From a virus (lineage: Duplodnaviria; Caudoviricetes): a stretch of DNA of 53,816 bases. The notes beneath the pieces are model-generated. The model saw only the letters and a program-made list of their open reading frames with translations. It had not been told where the DNA came from and did no database searches. Numbering within the stretch: the first letter of the stretch is position 1; every line of letters starts with the position of its first letter. The stretch covers positions 1 through 53,816 of the IMG/VR virus record IMGVR_UViG_3300037423_002159. One strand, given 5' to 3'. Below are positions 1-8,616 of the stretch, one piece after another. Position numbers and translations under genes: made by a program.

Positions 1-22
1 GTTTCGCATACCACCCATGGCA

Positions 23-127
23 GGGCCCCCTTAGGTGGGCCCGTGTCACTGTGTCGTCACTGGGCGGGCCCCTCACATAGGGCCCGCATGTAGGGCCCCC
101 GTATAGAGGTGCCCGTGTGCAGGGCCC
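23..127. repeat. Terminal array of GGGCCC palindromes
   Basis: GGGCCC at 23, 37, 66, 80, 93 and 122, plus GTGCCC at 109; spacing mostly 13-16 bp; non-coding. Confidence 0.85.
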
Positions 128-167
128 TATGCGTGCGTCTCAATATATGGACATTTCTAGGGAAGGG

Positions 168-198
168 TTGACAGTGAGTGTCACTGGCCCACTAATGG
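168..198 (+). promoter_or_regulatory. Sigma-A-type early promoter P1 with GTCACT box in the spacer
   Basis: TTGACA 168-173, GTCACT 180-185, imperfect -10 region (ACTAATGG); aligns with the promoter at 4183. Confidence 0.65.
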
Positions 199-245
199 GA
201 GATGTCAGGCCGCACCAAGCGGCCCCCGCAGAGAGGTTCTCCCCC

Positions 246-872
246 ATGGCTCGCAAGGCACTGTCCCCCAATGAGGCGCTGCAGCAGCGTGCTGGCACCA
301 GCACTGCGGCGTGCGTGCGCCGCATCGTCGACACGTTCCGCAAGGCAACGGCCGCCGACATCGAGGCAGGCGCCTCGTGGTACGGCGACGGGGAACTGTT
401 CTGCACCGACCTCGCGGCCCGGACCGGTCACGACGTCGAGACCGTGGCCGCGGTCGTGGCCCACCTCTCCCCGCGGACGACGTGGCAACGCAACCTCTAC
501 GGCGCGACGATGCTCCTCACGACAGGCACCGCGCCAACGTGCATCGCCGCCAACGTTGACCGGGCCCGACGGGCCCTTGACGCCGCGGCCGACGGTGGCG
601 ACGTCCGTGCGACGTTCGGACCGAGCGCCCCGAAGACCCGCCGGTTCATGGCCAACCTGCTGGGCGAGCGCGACGTCGTCACGGTCGACGTGTGGGCGGC
701 CCGTGTGGCGCTCGGCGCGTCGCACCCGGACCCCGAGGCGGCACTGTCCCGCGTCGGCGTGTATGACGCCATCGAGCGTGCCTACCAACTCGCCGCGCTG
801 CGGCTCGGCGTCGACCCCGTGACCGTGCAGGCGACGACATGGATTGTCGCCCGCGGCGGCCGCGCCAACTGA
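246..872 (+). CDS. Conserved phage protein resembling HhH-fold DNA-glycosylase-like (DUF7178-type) proteins
   Basis: GAGAGG RBS; motifs WY, AHLSPRTTWQRN, PKTRRF, VTVDVWA, QATTW; family recalled, not searched. Confidence 0.55.
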   Translation: MARKALSPNEALQQRAGTSTAACVRRIVDTFRKATAADIEAGASWYGDGELFCTDLAARTGHDVETVAAVVAHLSPRTTWQRNLYGATMLLTTGTAPTCIAANVDRARRALDAAADGGDVRATFGPSAPKTRRFMANLLGERDVVTVDVWAARVALGASHPDPEAALSRVGVYDAIERAYQLAALRLGVDPVTVQATTWIVARGGRAN

Positions 873-910
873 CCTCACTCACACTCACTCACGAAAGGCA
901 CACTGAGACC

Positions 911-1330
911 ATGACCACCTCGCACCTGAACCTGACGATCACGCTCGCCGAGACCGAGGGCATGCCCTACATCGTCGCCCGCTGCAGCCCCAAGGGTTGG
1001 AACGGTTTCCACGCCCCGCGCCTGTCGCCCGAGACGCTCGCTGACTACTTCGCCGCGTCGGCGGCCGCCGACCCGAACGGCTCGTGGGACATGTACAGCG
1101 TGACCACGGACACGGTCGACGGCGAGCGCGTCATGCGCTTCCACAACTGCGAGGTGGCCAGTTGCGACCCGGTCGACGGCCACGACGACGAACAGGACGA
1201 CATCGTCCCGCTGGACGACGATGGCACGTTTTTCCTTGACGGCTGGTGCTGGGTGTCGCCTCGCGACGATGACGGCGCCGTCATCGCTCCCGCCACCGAG
1301 GCGCCCCGCGCGGGCACCGTCATCCGCTGA
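911..1330 (+). CDS. Hypothetical acidic early protein
   Basis: GAAAGG RBS, high GC3 codon usage. Confidence 0.75.
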   Translation: MTTSHLNLTITLAETEGMPYIVARCSPKGWNGFHAPRLSPETLADYFAASAAADPNGSWDMYSVTTDTVDGERVMRFHNCEVASCDPVDGHDDEQDDIVPLDDDGTFFLDGWCWVSPRDDDGAVIAPATEAPRAGTVIR

Positions 1331-1359
1331 CCACCACGACACCCGAGGAGACCACGACC

Positions 1360-1491
1360 ATGGCACGCACGTTCCGACGCCCGAGCACGACCACCGCCGA
1401 CACCGTCCGCCGCCCGCAGCACATCGTCCGACAGCCGCGCCGGACCGCGACCCGACAGGCCTTCATCGCCCGTCACCTCTCCGAGCACTGA
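1360..1491 (+). CDS. Small basic hypothetical protein (43 aa, MARTFRRPS...)
   Basis: GAGGAG RBS; fills the gap; too short for the ORF track. Confidence 0.6.
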   Translation: MARTFRRPSTTTADTVRRPQHIVRQPRRTATRQAFIARHLSEH

Positions 1492-1523
1492 CCCGACGCC
1501 CCACAACCACGGAAGGCACGACC

Positions 1524-1868
1524 ATGCGCTACATGAACGCCTACGACATCGCCACCGCCCGCAGCCGCTTCACTCGCTCGACGAAGCCCAATCGCCTCGC
1601 CCTCGCCCTCGTGGTCGACAACCTGCGCGAGTGGGCCGACATGCACAGCGACGGCTGGGCCTACTGGCCGAAGCCCGCCCGCGCGGCGGACGCCGCGATG
1701 GCGCACATCGAGTCGCGCACCAGCCGCGAGAACGCCGAGCAAGAGACGTACGACATCACCGAGGAGCAGATGCTCGCGGCGGTCCGACCGATCAAGGCGT
1801 TCCTCACCCGCGAGCGCGTCTCGGCCGACGACCGCGAGCGCATCCTCCGCGCCGTCACGGAGGCCTGA
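1524..1868 (+). CDS. Hypothetical protein (SDGWAYWPKP motif)
   Basis: GGAAGG RBS; phage-like codon usage. Confidence 0.8.
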   Translation: MRYMNAYDIATARSRFTRSTKPNRLALALVVDNLREWADMHSDGWAYWPKPARAADAAMAHIESRTSRENAEQETYDITEEQMLAAVRPIKAFLTRERVSADDRERILRAVTEA

Positions 1869-1871
1869 GCC

Positions 1872-2402
1872 ATGACCGCCACGCGTCTCTACTTCCGCCC
1901 CGACTCCTGCCGCTACTGCCAGCGCTACGGCAAGGCCTGCGGCCGCCCACACGCCCCCGCGACGACCACCGCCGCTCAGCTCGACCCGACCGACACGGCC
2001 CGGCGCATCATGGCCGAGGTGCTCGGGATGCTCGCCGACGGGCACCGCTCGGCCGAGGGCCGGACCATGCTCCTCGAGGACATCGTCCACGGCGGCTACC
2101 CGGAACTGCAGAACTTCACCGACGCGAACATGCTCGGCGGGATGTGCGACGACGGCTTCCCCGAGCAGTTCGCGACGACCGAGGACTGGGTCGACCACTG
2201 CGACCAGGCGCAGGACATCGTCGACGTCTGGCTGCGCGCTGGCGCCCCCGACCCGGCCGACCGCCCCGTGGCGTGGCACGCGACGTGTGGCCAGTGCGGC
2301 GAGGTCTTCAACCCCGCCGACCCGGCCGACCTCGTCCACCTCGAGCGGGAGGACGGCCAGCCCTGCGGCGGCCTCGCCCGCAACCTCGACTCCTACCGCT
2401 GA
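1872..2402 (+). CDS. Hypothetical protein with CxxC pairs
   Basis: CRYC near the N-terminus, CGQC...H...C near the C-terminus. Confidence 0.75.
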   Translation: MTATRLYFRPDSCRYCQRYGKACGRPHAPATTTAAQLDPTDTARRIMAEVLGMLADGHRSAEGRTMLLEDIVHGGYPELQNFTDANMLGGMCDDGFPEQFATTEDWVDHCDQAQDIVDVWLRAGAPDPADRPVAWHATCGQCGEVFNPADPADLVHLEREDGQPCGGLARNLDSYR

Positions 2403-2422
2403 CGACACCGGAAGGCACGACC

Positions 2423-2863
2423 ATGACCGAGAACACGTCCGAGCGCTACGGCGCCGAGCGCTCCACCGCCCGACAGCTGGCCCGCGCTACGTCGCTGACC
2501 GAGAGCACGCGCGCCTACTTCGCCGCCCTCGCCAACGGTGACCCCGAGCCCGACGACAACTTCGGCCCGTTCTGGGAGGCCCTGCGCTGGGTCGCGACCC
2601 GGTCCGGCCGGTCGGACCTGCGCGAGAACCTGTTCGACGACGTGACCAGGCTGCGGACTGTCGTGGCCGAGCACGGCACGGTCCCGGCCCCGCCGGTCAC
2701 CCTGACGGTGCCGCGCAACGTCGCGGGCCTCCTCGACGCCCTGCTGAGCAACGCCGCCGAGGACTCCGACGACGTCAGCCTGCTGCCCCACTTCAACCTC
2801 ACGCCCGCCGACGTGGACGCCGTCCGCGCCGACATCGCCCGCACCGCCGGATGGAAGGCCTGA
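2423..2863 (+). CDS. Hypothetical protein
   Basis: GGAAGG RBS in a 17-mer shared with the gene at 1524. Confidence 0.75.
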   Translation: MTENTSERYGAERSTARQLARATSLTESTRAYFAALANGDPEPDDNFGPFWEALRWVATRSGRSDLRENLFDDVTRLRTVVAEHGTVPAPPVTLTVPRNVAGLLDALLSNAAEDSDDVSLLPHFNLTPADVDAVRADIARTAGWKA

Positions 2864-2868
2864 CCGAC

Positions 2869-3426
2869 ATGAGCACCAAGACCTACGCCCCGCGTCCCCT
2901 GTCCCAGATCCCCGGCCACCGGGACAACGCCAAGAGCGGCACCCGTTGGTGCCCGCAGGACGGCCGCGACTACGAACCGCGCACGCTCGACGGCAAGCCC
3001 TGGTGCCGCAAGTGCGGCGCGAGCGCCGGCGACCTGCCGCTCGAGGGTTCGTTCTTCGCGACGTCGTGGGGCTACGACCAGACCAACGTCGAGTTTTACC
3101 GGGTCATGGGCCGGACGAAGAGCGGCAAGAGCATCCTGCTGCAGCGGTGGACGGCCAAGGCCGCGCCCGGTGTCGACGGCGGCCCGAGCGCCGCCTACCT
3201 CGTCCCCGGCGACCGCCCGGCGCAGGACCCGGTCCACGGCGAGGGCTGGGTCGACGAGGACGGCTGGGCCCACCGCGGCGACGTCGTCGGCTACGAGGAC
3301 ATGCCGGTCTTCGTCCACCGCGCCCGCTACCGGGCCGACACCGGCAGCACGACCATCCTCGGCCACTACGCCCACCTCTTCGACGGCCGCCCGTGCTACG
3401 CCACGGCGTCCGGCTGGGGCCACTGA
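2869..3426 (+). CDS. Hypothetical protein with a Zn-ribbon-like N-terminus and SWGYDQTNV motif
   Basis: CPQD...CRKC; SWGYDQTNVEFY resembles a recurring phage/plasmid hypothetical family. Confidence 0.75.
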   Translation: MSTKTYAPRPLSQIPGHRDNAKSGTRWCPQDGRDYEPRTLDGKPWCRKCGASAGDLPLEGSFFATSWGYDQTNVEFYRVMGRTKSGKSILLQRWTAKAAPGVDGGPSAAYLVPGDRPAQDPVHGEGWVDEDGWAHRGDVVGYEDMPVFVHRARYRADTGSTTILGHYAHLFDGRPCYATASGWGH

Positions 3427-3470
3427 CGCCCCGCGCGTCGACCACGACAGATCCGACGAAAGGGACCACC

Positions 3471-3797
3471 ATGAGCACCATGACGACCGAGCGCAACATC
3501 GCCGCTGAGCTGGCCGCGTCCGACATCGCGACGCTGGCCAGGATGGCCGCCGACGACGCCCCGGGCCTGCTGCAGATGGGCCGGGACTGGACCGAGCGCA
3601 CGCACCCGGCGGCGCCCTACCTGCGGCCCATGCTGGAGATGCGCGGCGTGACCCGCGAGAACGTCCACGGCGTGTCGTGGGGCCACGACGACGTCGAGGG
3701 CATCGTCATCCGGTTCCTCGGCAACGCCAAGGGCTGGCGCGGCGAGACCGCGGCCGCCGTCAAGGCCGCCCTGCGCGACATCATCGCCAGGCGGTGA
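3471..3797 (+). CDS. Conserved phage hypothetical protein (APYL...FLGNAKGWRGE)
   Basis: GAAAGG RBS; protein-like composition. Confidence 0.75.
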   Translation: MSTMTTERNIAAELAASDIATLARMAADDAPGLLQMGRDWTERTHPAAPYLRPMLEMRGVTRENVHGVSWGHDDVEGIVIRFLGNAKGWRGETAAAVKAALRDIIARR

Positions 3798-3886
3798 CCC
3801 AATGGCGGAGGTCGGAGTCATTACCGGCCTCCCCATGGAGGAGCTCATCGAGTGGATGGAATATTTCGAAGAAGGAGGTAACCACC

Positions 3887-4078
3887 ATGCCCCGATCCCG
3901 CAACGACTTCGTGCCCGATCTTCTGTGCAGCGAGCCCGAGTGTCCGAATTCGATTCGGGGACATGCGTGGGGCCAGATCAAGGCTGAGGGCTGGTTCTTC
4001 AGCAAGGATGGTGTTACCCGATACTGTCCCGACCACATCCCCGACTGGGTTGAAGCCTGGCGGAAGAGAAAGGCGTGA
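3887..4078 (+). CDS. Small Cys/His protein in a lower-GC segment
   Basis: AAGGAGGT RBS; CSEPEC...CPDH. Confidence 0.7.
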   Translation: MPRSRNDFVPDLLCSEPECPNSIRGHAWGQIKAEGWFFSKDGVTRYCPDHIPDWVEAWRKRKA

Positions 4079-4128
4079 AGGACATCGTCCTCTCGCTGGC
4101 CGTCTAGGCGGTAGGCTCCACGACCGGG

Positions 4129-4163
4129 AGGCCGGCCGTTTAACCCCCGAGAACGGCCGGCCT
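4129..4163 (+). terminator. Intrinsic terminator-like hairpin
   Basis: AGGCCGGCCGTT / AACGGCCGGCCT 12-bp stem. Confidence 0.7.
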
Positions 4164-4182
4164 ACCTCTTGAGCTCAATGAG

Positions 4183-4212
4183 TTGACACTGGCCGTCACT
4201 AGGCCTCATACT
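4183..4212 (+). promoter_or_regulatory. Sigma-A promoter P2 with GTCACT box
   Basis: TTGACA-N18-CATACT; GTCACT 4195-4200. Confidence 0.8.
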
Positions 4213-4252
4213 GGACAAGTCAGCACGACACCGCACGAAAGGCCCCCCCGCC

Positions 4253-4630
4253 ATGGACTACACCACCACCACCGTCGGCACCGAGATCACGATGCGCCAC
4301 GAGCGCCCGTACACGGTCGGCGGCGAGCGCAAGGTGCACCGCTACACGTACACCGCGACCGTCGTCGAGATCGACTCGCTGGGCTGGAAGGCCGAGGTGT
4401 CCGACGTGCGCGACGAGACCGACCGCCCCGACTTCGCGAAGTACCCGGCCGAGATCCTCGGCAACTGGGGCGGCGACGAGGAGATCGCCCGCCGCCCGGC
4501 CATCCCCGACCACGAGGACGAGGGCCTGCAGAGCATCGTCCTGTGCCCCCGCGACATGAAGATCCACCACGCGACCCGCACGCCCAAGGGCGAGCGCCGC
4601 TGCGGCGGCTGCGGCCGGAAGGCTGTCTGA
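4253..4630 (+). CDS. Hypothetical protein
   Basis: GAAAGG RBS; C-terminal C..H..CGGC. Confidence 0.75.
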   Translation: MDYTTTTVGTEITMRHERPYTVGGERKVHRYTYTATVVEIDSLGWKAEVSDVRDETDRPDFAKYPAEILGNWGGDEEIARRPAIPDHEDEGLQSIVLCPRDMKIHHATRTPKGERRCGGCGRKAV

Positions 4631-4633
4631 GCC

Positions 4634-4720
4634 GTGGGCATCTTCTGGGCCTGCGTGGCCGCCTTCACCCTCTACGCCATCCTCGACGAGATCATCGCCC
4701 GCCGCGCGGGCAGGAAGTGA
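4634..4720 (+). CDS. Putative 28-aa membrane micropeptide (MGIFWACVAAFTLYAIL...)
   Basis: GTG start; hydrophobic; fills the gap exactly. Confidence 0.45.
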   Translation: MGIFWACVAAFTLYAILDEIIARRAGRK

Positions 4721-4727
4721 GCCCGAC

Positions 4728-4991
4728 ATGAAGATCACCGTGACCAACACCGACATCAGCGCCGCGTACGACGTGCTCGCGAGCACGCTCCGGCTCATCT
4801 CCGAGCAGCCGTCCGACTGGGTCATCCGCGTGACCTACCGCGTCCGCGACGAGGAGCGCGTCGTCGAGGGCACCATCAGCCTCTTCGACCAGCACACCCT
4901 GCTCATGGCCGACATGGACCAGGAGTGCCAGCACACCGGCGGCCTGACCGAGGTCGACCTCTACGACATCACCGAGATCGAGGTGCTCTGA
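4728..4991 (+). CDS. Hypothetical protein, possibly an SH3/Sm-like beta-barrel
   Basis: Alternating hydrophobic strands ending in DITEIEVL. Confidence 0.7.
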   Translation: MKITVTNTDISAAYDVLASTLRLISEQPSDWVIRVTYRVRDEERVVEGTISLFDQHTLLMADMDQECQHTGGLTEVDLYDITEIEVL

Positions 4992-4996
4992 CTCCC

Positions 4997-6232
4997 ATGT
5001 CCCACTCGAAGACCGACACCATCCCCGACGGCTGGCGTGCCGAGAACGGCATGTGGGTCATCCAGAGCCTGACCGACCCGGCCCTGCAGGCGCTCATCGC
5101 CTACGACGGCCTCGTGCTGGAGCTCTTCGCCGGGCCGGGTGGCATGTCCGAGGGGCTGCGCCTGGCAGGCATCAGCAGCCGGGTCTGCCTCGGCGTCGAG
5201 TGGGACAGCAGCGCCTGCATGACCGCCACGCGCGCCGGTCACCCGCGACTGCACGCGGACCTGACCACCATCGACCCGCTGCTGTTCGGCCGGGTCTGGG
5301 GCTTCCACGCCAGCCCGTCCTGTCAGGGGTTCTCGTTCGCCGGTAAGGGCGCGAGCCGCGGCGACGTCGACCTGCTGCTGCAGGCGATCACGGCCATGGG
5401 CCGCGAGCCGCACCGGGCCGACGAGATCATGGCCACGCTGCGCACGCTGGTCAAGAGCCCGCTGTCGCCGCTGTCGCTGGAGCCGCTGCGCTACATCCTC
5501 GCGCTGCGCCCGCGCTGGTTCACCCTCGAGCAGGTCCGCGCGGTCCTGCCGCTGTGGGAGGCCTACGCCGAGGTGCTGCGCCCGCTCGGCTACAGCGTCT
5601 GGACCGGCATCGAGAGCTCCGAGAAGTTCGGCGTGCCGCAGACCCGGGAGCGCGCCCTCGCGATGGGCAGCCTCGACATCGACCTGTCCGGCGGCCTGGC
5701 GCAGACCCACTCCCGCTACATCAAGAGCGGCAAGCGCAAGGGCCAGCAGGAGCCCGGCTTCCTGCCCTACGTCACCATGGCGCAGGCCCTCGAGCGCGCC
5801 GGTGACTACGTCGTGCGCAGCAACTACGGCACGGGCGGCGAGCCCGCGCCGACGCTGACCAGCAGCGCCGACAACGGCAACTTCCGCTGGGTGCCCACGG
5901 CCGCCAACGAGGGCACGACCGCCGAGGACATGGCATGGACGGCCGAGCGCCCGTCCGCGACCATCGTCGGCTCGTTCCACCCCGACGTCGTCGCCAAGCC
6001 CGCCTACCGCAAGGCCGGCGACGGGCCGCGCCAGAAGGCGAAGGGCAGCGTCAGCATCACGGTGCAGGAGGCCGGGATCCTGCAGTCCTTCCCGGCCGAC
6101 TACCCGTGGACCGGCACGAAGACCAAGCAGTGGGAGCAGGTCGGCAACGCCGTCCCGCCGCTGCTCGGCCAGGCCCTCGCCGAGACGGCCATCGGCATCC
6201 GACCCACCGCTATCAAGGGAGCCCGACTGTGA
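4997..6232 (+). CDS. DNA (cytosine-5)-methyltransferase
   Basis: Motif I ELFAGPGG, IV SPSCQGFS, VI EQV, VIII QTRER, X QVGNAV. Confidence 0.95.
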   Translation: MSHSKTDTIPDGWRAENGMWVIQSLTDPALQALIAYDGLVLELFAGPGGMSEGLRLAGISSRVCLGVEWDSSACMTATRAGHPRLHADLTTIDPLLFGRVWGFHASPSCQGFSFAGKGASRGDVDLLLQAITAMGREPHRADEIMATLRTLVKSPLSPLSLEPLRYILALRPRWFTLEQVRAVLPLWEAYAEVLRPLGYSVWTGIESSEKFGVPQTRERALAMGSLDIDLSGGLAQTHSRYIKSGKRKGQQEPGFLPYVTMAQALERAGDYVVRSNYGTGGEPAPTLTSSADNGNFRWVPTAANEGTTAEDMAWTAERPSATIVGSFHPDVVAKPAYRKAGDGPRQKAKGSVSITVQEAGILQSFPADYPWTGTKTKQWEQVGNAVPPLLGQALAETAIGIRPTAIKGARL

Positions 6233-6714
6233 CCGACATGCCCACGCTCGAAGAGATGCGCCAGGCCCTCGCCGACTGGAGCGAGACATGCGCCGAGTGG
6301 CCCGCGCCGCTGCCGATGTCGGCCCGGCGCCTCGCCGGTCTCCTTGGCCGCGTCGCCGACGCGCAGGACGCCGCCGAGGGCCGCAGCGCGACCCGCGCGG
6401 CCGACACCGGCGCCGAGGAGTACAGCTCGACCGGGCTGCCCCGGCGCGCGACGGCCCGGGCCCGCCGCCATGGCGCCCGTGTCACCAGCAACAACGAGTG
6501 GCACACCGTGATCTTCCCGAACGGCAGCCAGGTCGTGGCCCTGACGGCGTTGCGCGCCCGCCGGACGCGCGAGGGCGGCCTCAAGGCCTTCCCCGGCATG
6601 GTCGGCGCGGTCAAGCCTGGCGCGGCGCCGGGCTGCAACCCGCCCGGCCAGCGCGGCGACCGCCTGGTCGACGTCCTGAACCGGTTCTCCGACGCCGAGG
6701 AGGCGAGGGCCTGA
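6229..6714 (+). CDS. Hypothetical protein
   Basis: GTGA overlap with the methyltransferase stop. Confidence 0.7.
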   Translation: MTDMPTLEEMRQALADWSETCAEWPAPLPMSARRLAGLLGRVADAQDAAEGRSATRAADTGAEEYSSTGLPRRATARARRHGARVTSNNEWHTVIFPNGSQVVALTALRARRTREGGLKAFPGMVGAVKPGAAPGCNPPGQRGDRLVDVLNRFSDAEEARA

Positions 6715-7094
6715 TGGCGCGCGACTGGCAGTTCATGCTGCGCCTGCCCGAGCCCGCCCGTGAGCGGCTCGAGGCGATCGCCATCCAGCACGGCTTCACC
6801 GGCGGCCGCGGCCGCACCGGCCACGACGAGCCGAACAAGGCCGACGCCGCGCGCTGGCTGCTCGGCCAGGCCGACCCGAAGCTCTTCGAGATCCTCTTCG
6901 GCGACGAGCCGGCGGTGCGCGGCGAGCTGCACGTCACCGAGGGCCCGGGCATGCGCGTCAACCGCGACGAGCAGGGCAACATCGTCTCGGCGCTCGCCTG
7001 GCCGACCGAGGAGCCGGTCGGCGAGCCGCGGCCGGTCGGCGAGGGCTGGACCGAGATGGGCTACACGTCCGAGGACGGAGTCCGACGATGCTGA
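6714..7094 (+). CDS. Possible ribbon-helix-helix-like DNA-binding protein
   Basis: TGATG coupling; QFMLRLPEPARERLEAIA...NKADAARWLL strand-helix-helix pattern with a long loop. Confidence 0.45.
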   Translation: MARDWQFMLRLPEPARERLEAIAIQHGFTGGRGRTGHDEPNKADAARWLLGQADPKLFEILFGDEPAVRGELHVTEGPGMRVNRDEQGNIVSALAWPTEEPVGEPRPVGEGWTEMGYTSEDGVRRC

Positions 7095-7243
7095 TCGTCA
7101 TCGTCGCGTTCATGCTCGCGCTGGCCCTCGGGGTGCTGCTGCGCCACCGCGCCACGGCGGCCGCGGCGATGCTCGGCCTGGTGCTGGTCATCGCGACCGC
7201 ACCGGCCGCCCCGGAGGTCGTCGACCTGGTGGTCGTGCCATGA
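7088..7243 (+). CDS. Small membrane protein (2 hydrophobic segments)
   Basis: MLIVIVAFMLALALGVLL...; GGAG RBS. Confidence 0.6.
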   Translation: MLIVIVAFMLALALGVLLRHRATAAAAMLGLVLVIATAPAAPEVVDLVVVP

Positions 7244-7374
7244 CCGTCATCGTCATCTCGCGCCGGTACGCCGTGGCGGCGCTGATCGCCCTCGGACTGG
7301 TGGTCGGCACCGTCGCCGCCGGACTCGACCCCGCGCCGACCGGGCCCGTGCAGACAGGAACCCCGACGCCGTGA
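7240..7374 (+). CDS. Small membrane protein
   Basis: ATGA overlap; one TM segment. Confidence 0.55.
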   Translation: MTVIVISRRYAVAALIALGLVVGTVAAGLDPAPTGPVQTGTPTP

Positions 7375-8054
7375 TGCTCTTCGACCTCGCTGACTGGGAG
7401 TTCTTCCAGGCCCCGGTCGGGCCGCCGCCGGCGCCATGGGTGACGATCCGGCAGGTCTGGATCGACGACGAGCAGGGCCGGATCTACGGCTCGACTGACG
7501 CGCTCGGTGAGCCGGTGTGGCTGCACCCGGACCGCGTCCCGGGCCGCGTGCTGCGGCGCGACCCGCGCCCGCCGACGCACCCGCTCGAGTGGCGCCGGAT
7601 CATCAACGCGGCCGCCGTGCCGCGCGCCGACGTCGACCAGACCGAGGCCCTCGAGCTGCGGCTGGCCGCCATCCCCGAGCCCGAGGTGCGCGCTCGGCCG
7701 GCCACGCTCGAGGAGATGCCGCGCGGGCTGCGCGGGCTGGGGCGCAAGGCGGCCGCGGCCGGGTTCGTCCAGCACTGCACGTTCGCCAGGGGGCCGCGGC
7801 TGAACCAGCACTGGCAGGTCGTCGAGATCTCCGACGACATCATGCTCAAGGGCCGGCACCGCGACGGCCGCCGGTTCGTCGTCGTCTACATCACCAAGAC
7901 CCCCGGCCCGGGCACGAAGAACGCCGGCATCCCGCAGTGGAAGCCCGAGCTCGGCTACGCATGGATCGACGGACTGTGGATCGCTTGCGGCCCGTCCGGC
8001 CTTGAGGCATACTTCACTAACGGATCACTAACGCTCACTCAGGAGGCATCATGA
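7374..8054 (+). CDS. Hypothetical protein
   Basis: TGATG coupling; high GC3. Confidence 0.75.
   Translation: MLFDLADWEFFQAPVGPPPAPWVTIRQVWIDDEQGRIYGSTDALGEPVWLHPDRVPGRVLRRDPRPPTHPLEWRRIINAAAVPRADVDQTEALELRLAAIPEPEVRARPATLEEMPRGLRGLGRKAAAAGFVQHCTFARGPRLNQHWQVVEISDDIMLKGRHRDGRRFVVVYITKTPGPGTKNAGIPQWKPELGYAWIDGLWIACGPSGLEAYFTNGSLTLTQEAS
7985..8040 (+). promoter_or_regulatory. Internal promoter P3 followed by three TCACT boxes
   Basis: TTGCGG-N17-CATACT (7985-8013); TCACT at 8014, 8025 and 8035. Confidence 0.6.
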
Positions 8055-8293
8055 AGAAGGCAGCCACCGTCATCGGCATCGCGTTCGCGAGTGTCTCCGC
8101 GGCCGTCCTGGTCTTCACCGGCCTCGTCGTCGTGGAGCTGGCCGGTGTCGCGCACCGCCGCGCGAACCGCTCCACCCTCGACCGGATCAAGATCCAGCCC
8201 GCGCAGCGCGAGGCCTTCGAGGCCGCCCTGTCCGAGGCCGAGTTCAAGGTTCTGAACGTCGGCCCGACCCTCGTCACGGACCGCCGCCGATGA
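8051..8293 (+). CDS. Membrane protein (1 TM)
   Basis: AGGAGG RBS; hydrophobic N-terminus. Confidence 0.75.
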   Translation: MKKAATVIGIAFASVSAAVLVFTGLVVVELAGVAHRRANRSTLDRIKIQPAQREAFEAALSEAEFKVLNVGPTLVTDRRR

Positions 8294-8616
8294 CCATCCG
8301 CCGCGTCCCGACCTTCCTGTCGGGCATCGAGAGCGTCGCCCCGTTCGCGCCGCTGGAGACCATGGCGCCACAGGAGCTCGTGGCCCTCGTGGCCCGATCC
8401 AGCAGGGCCCTGGTCTACGCGGGCCAACGCGCGGAGTCCAACCGCTCCGACGCGAGCCGGTACGTCCGAATGCCCGGCCTCGAGGGCCTAGCCAAGGAGT
8501 GCCGGGACAGGGCTGAGGGGCACGCCCGGTCCGAGGAGTTCTGGACCAACGTGGCCATCCAGGCCGAGTACGCCACCCGAGCCCGCCTCGAGCACGCAAC
8601 GGAAGGAACCCGATGA
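8290..8616 (+). CDS. Hypothetical protein
   Basis: ATGA coupling at both ends. Confidence 0.7.
   Translation: MTIRRVPTFLSGIESVAPFAPLETMAPQELVALVARSSRALVYAGQRAESNRSDASRYVRMPGLEGLAKECRDRAEGHARSEEFWTNVAIQAEYATRARLEHATEGTR

Noticed and set aside
117-245. N-terminal extension of the first ORF
   Set aside because: Overlaps the promoter; the RBS supports the ATG at 246
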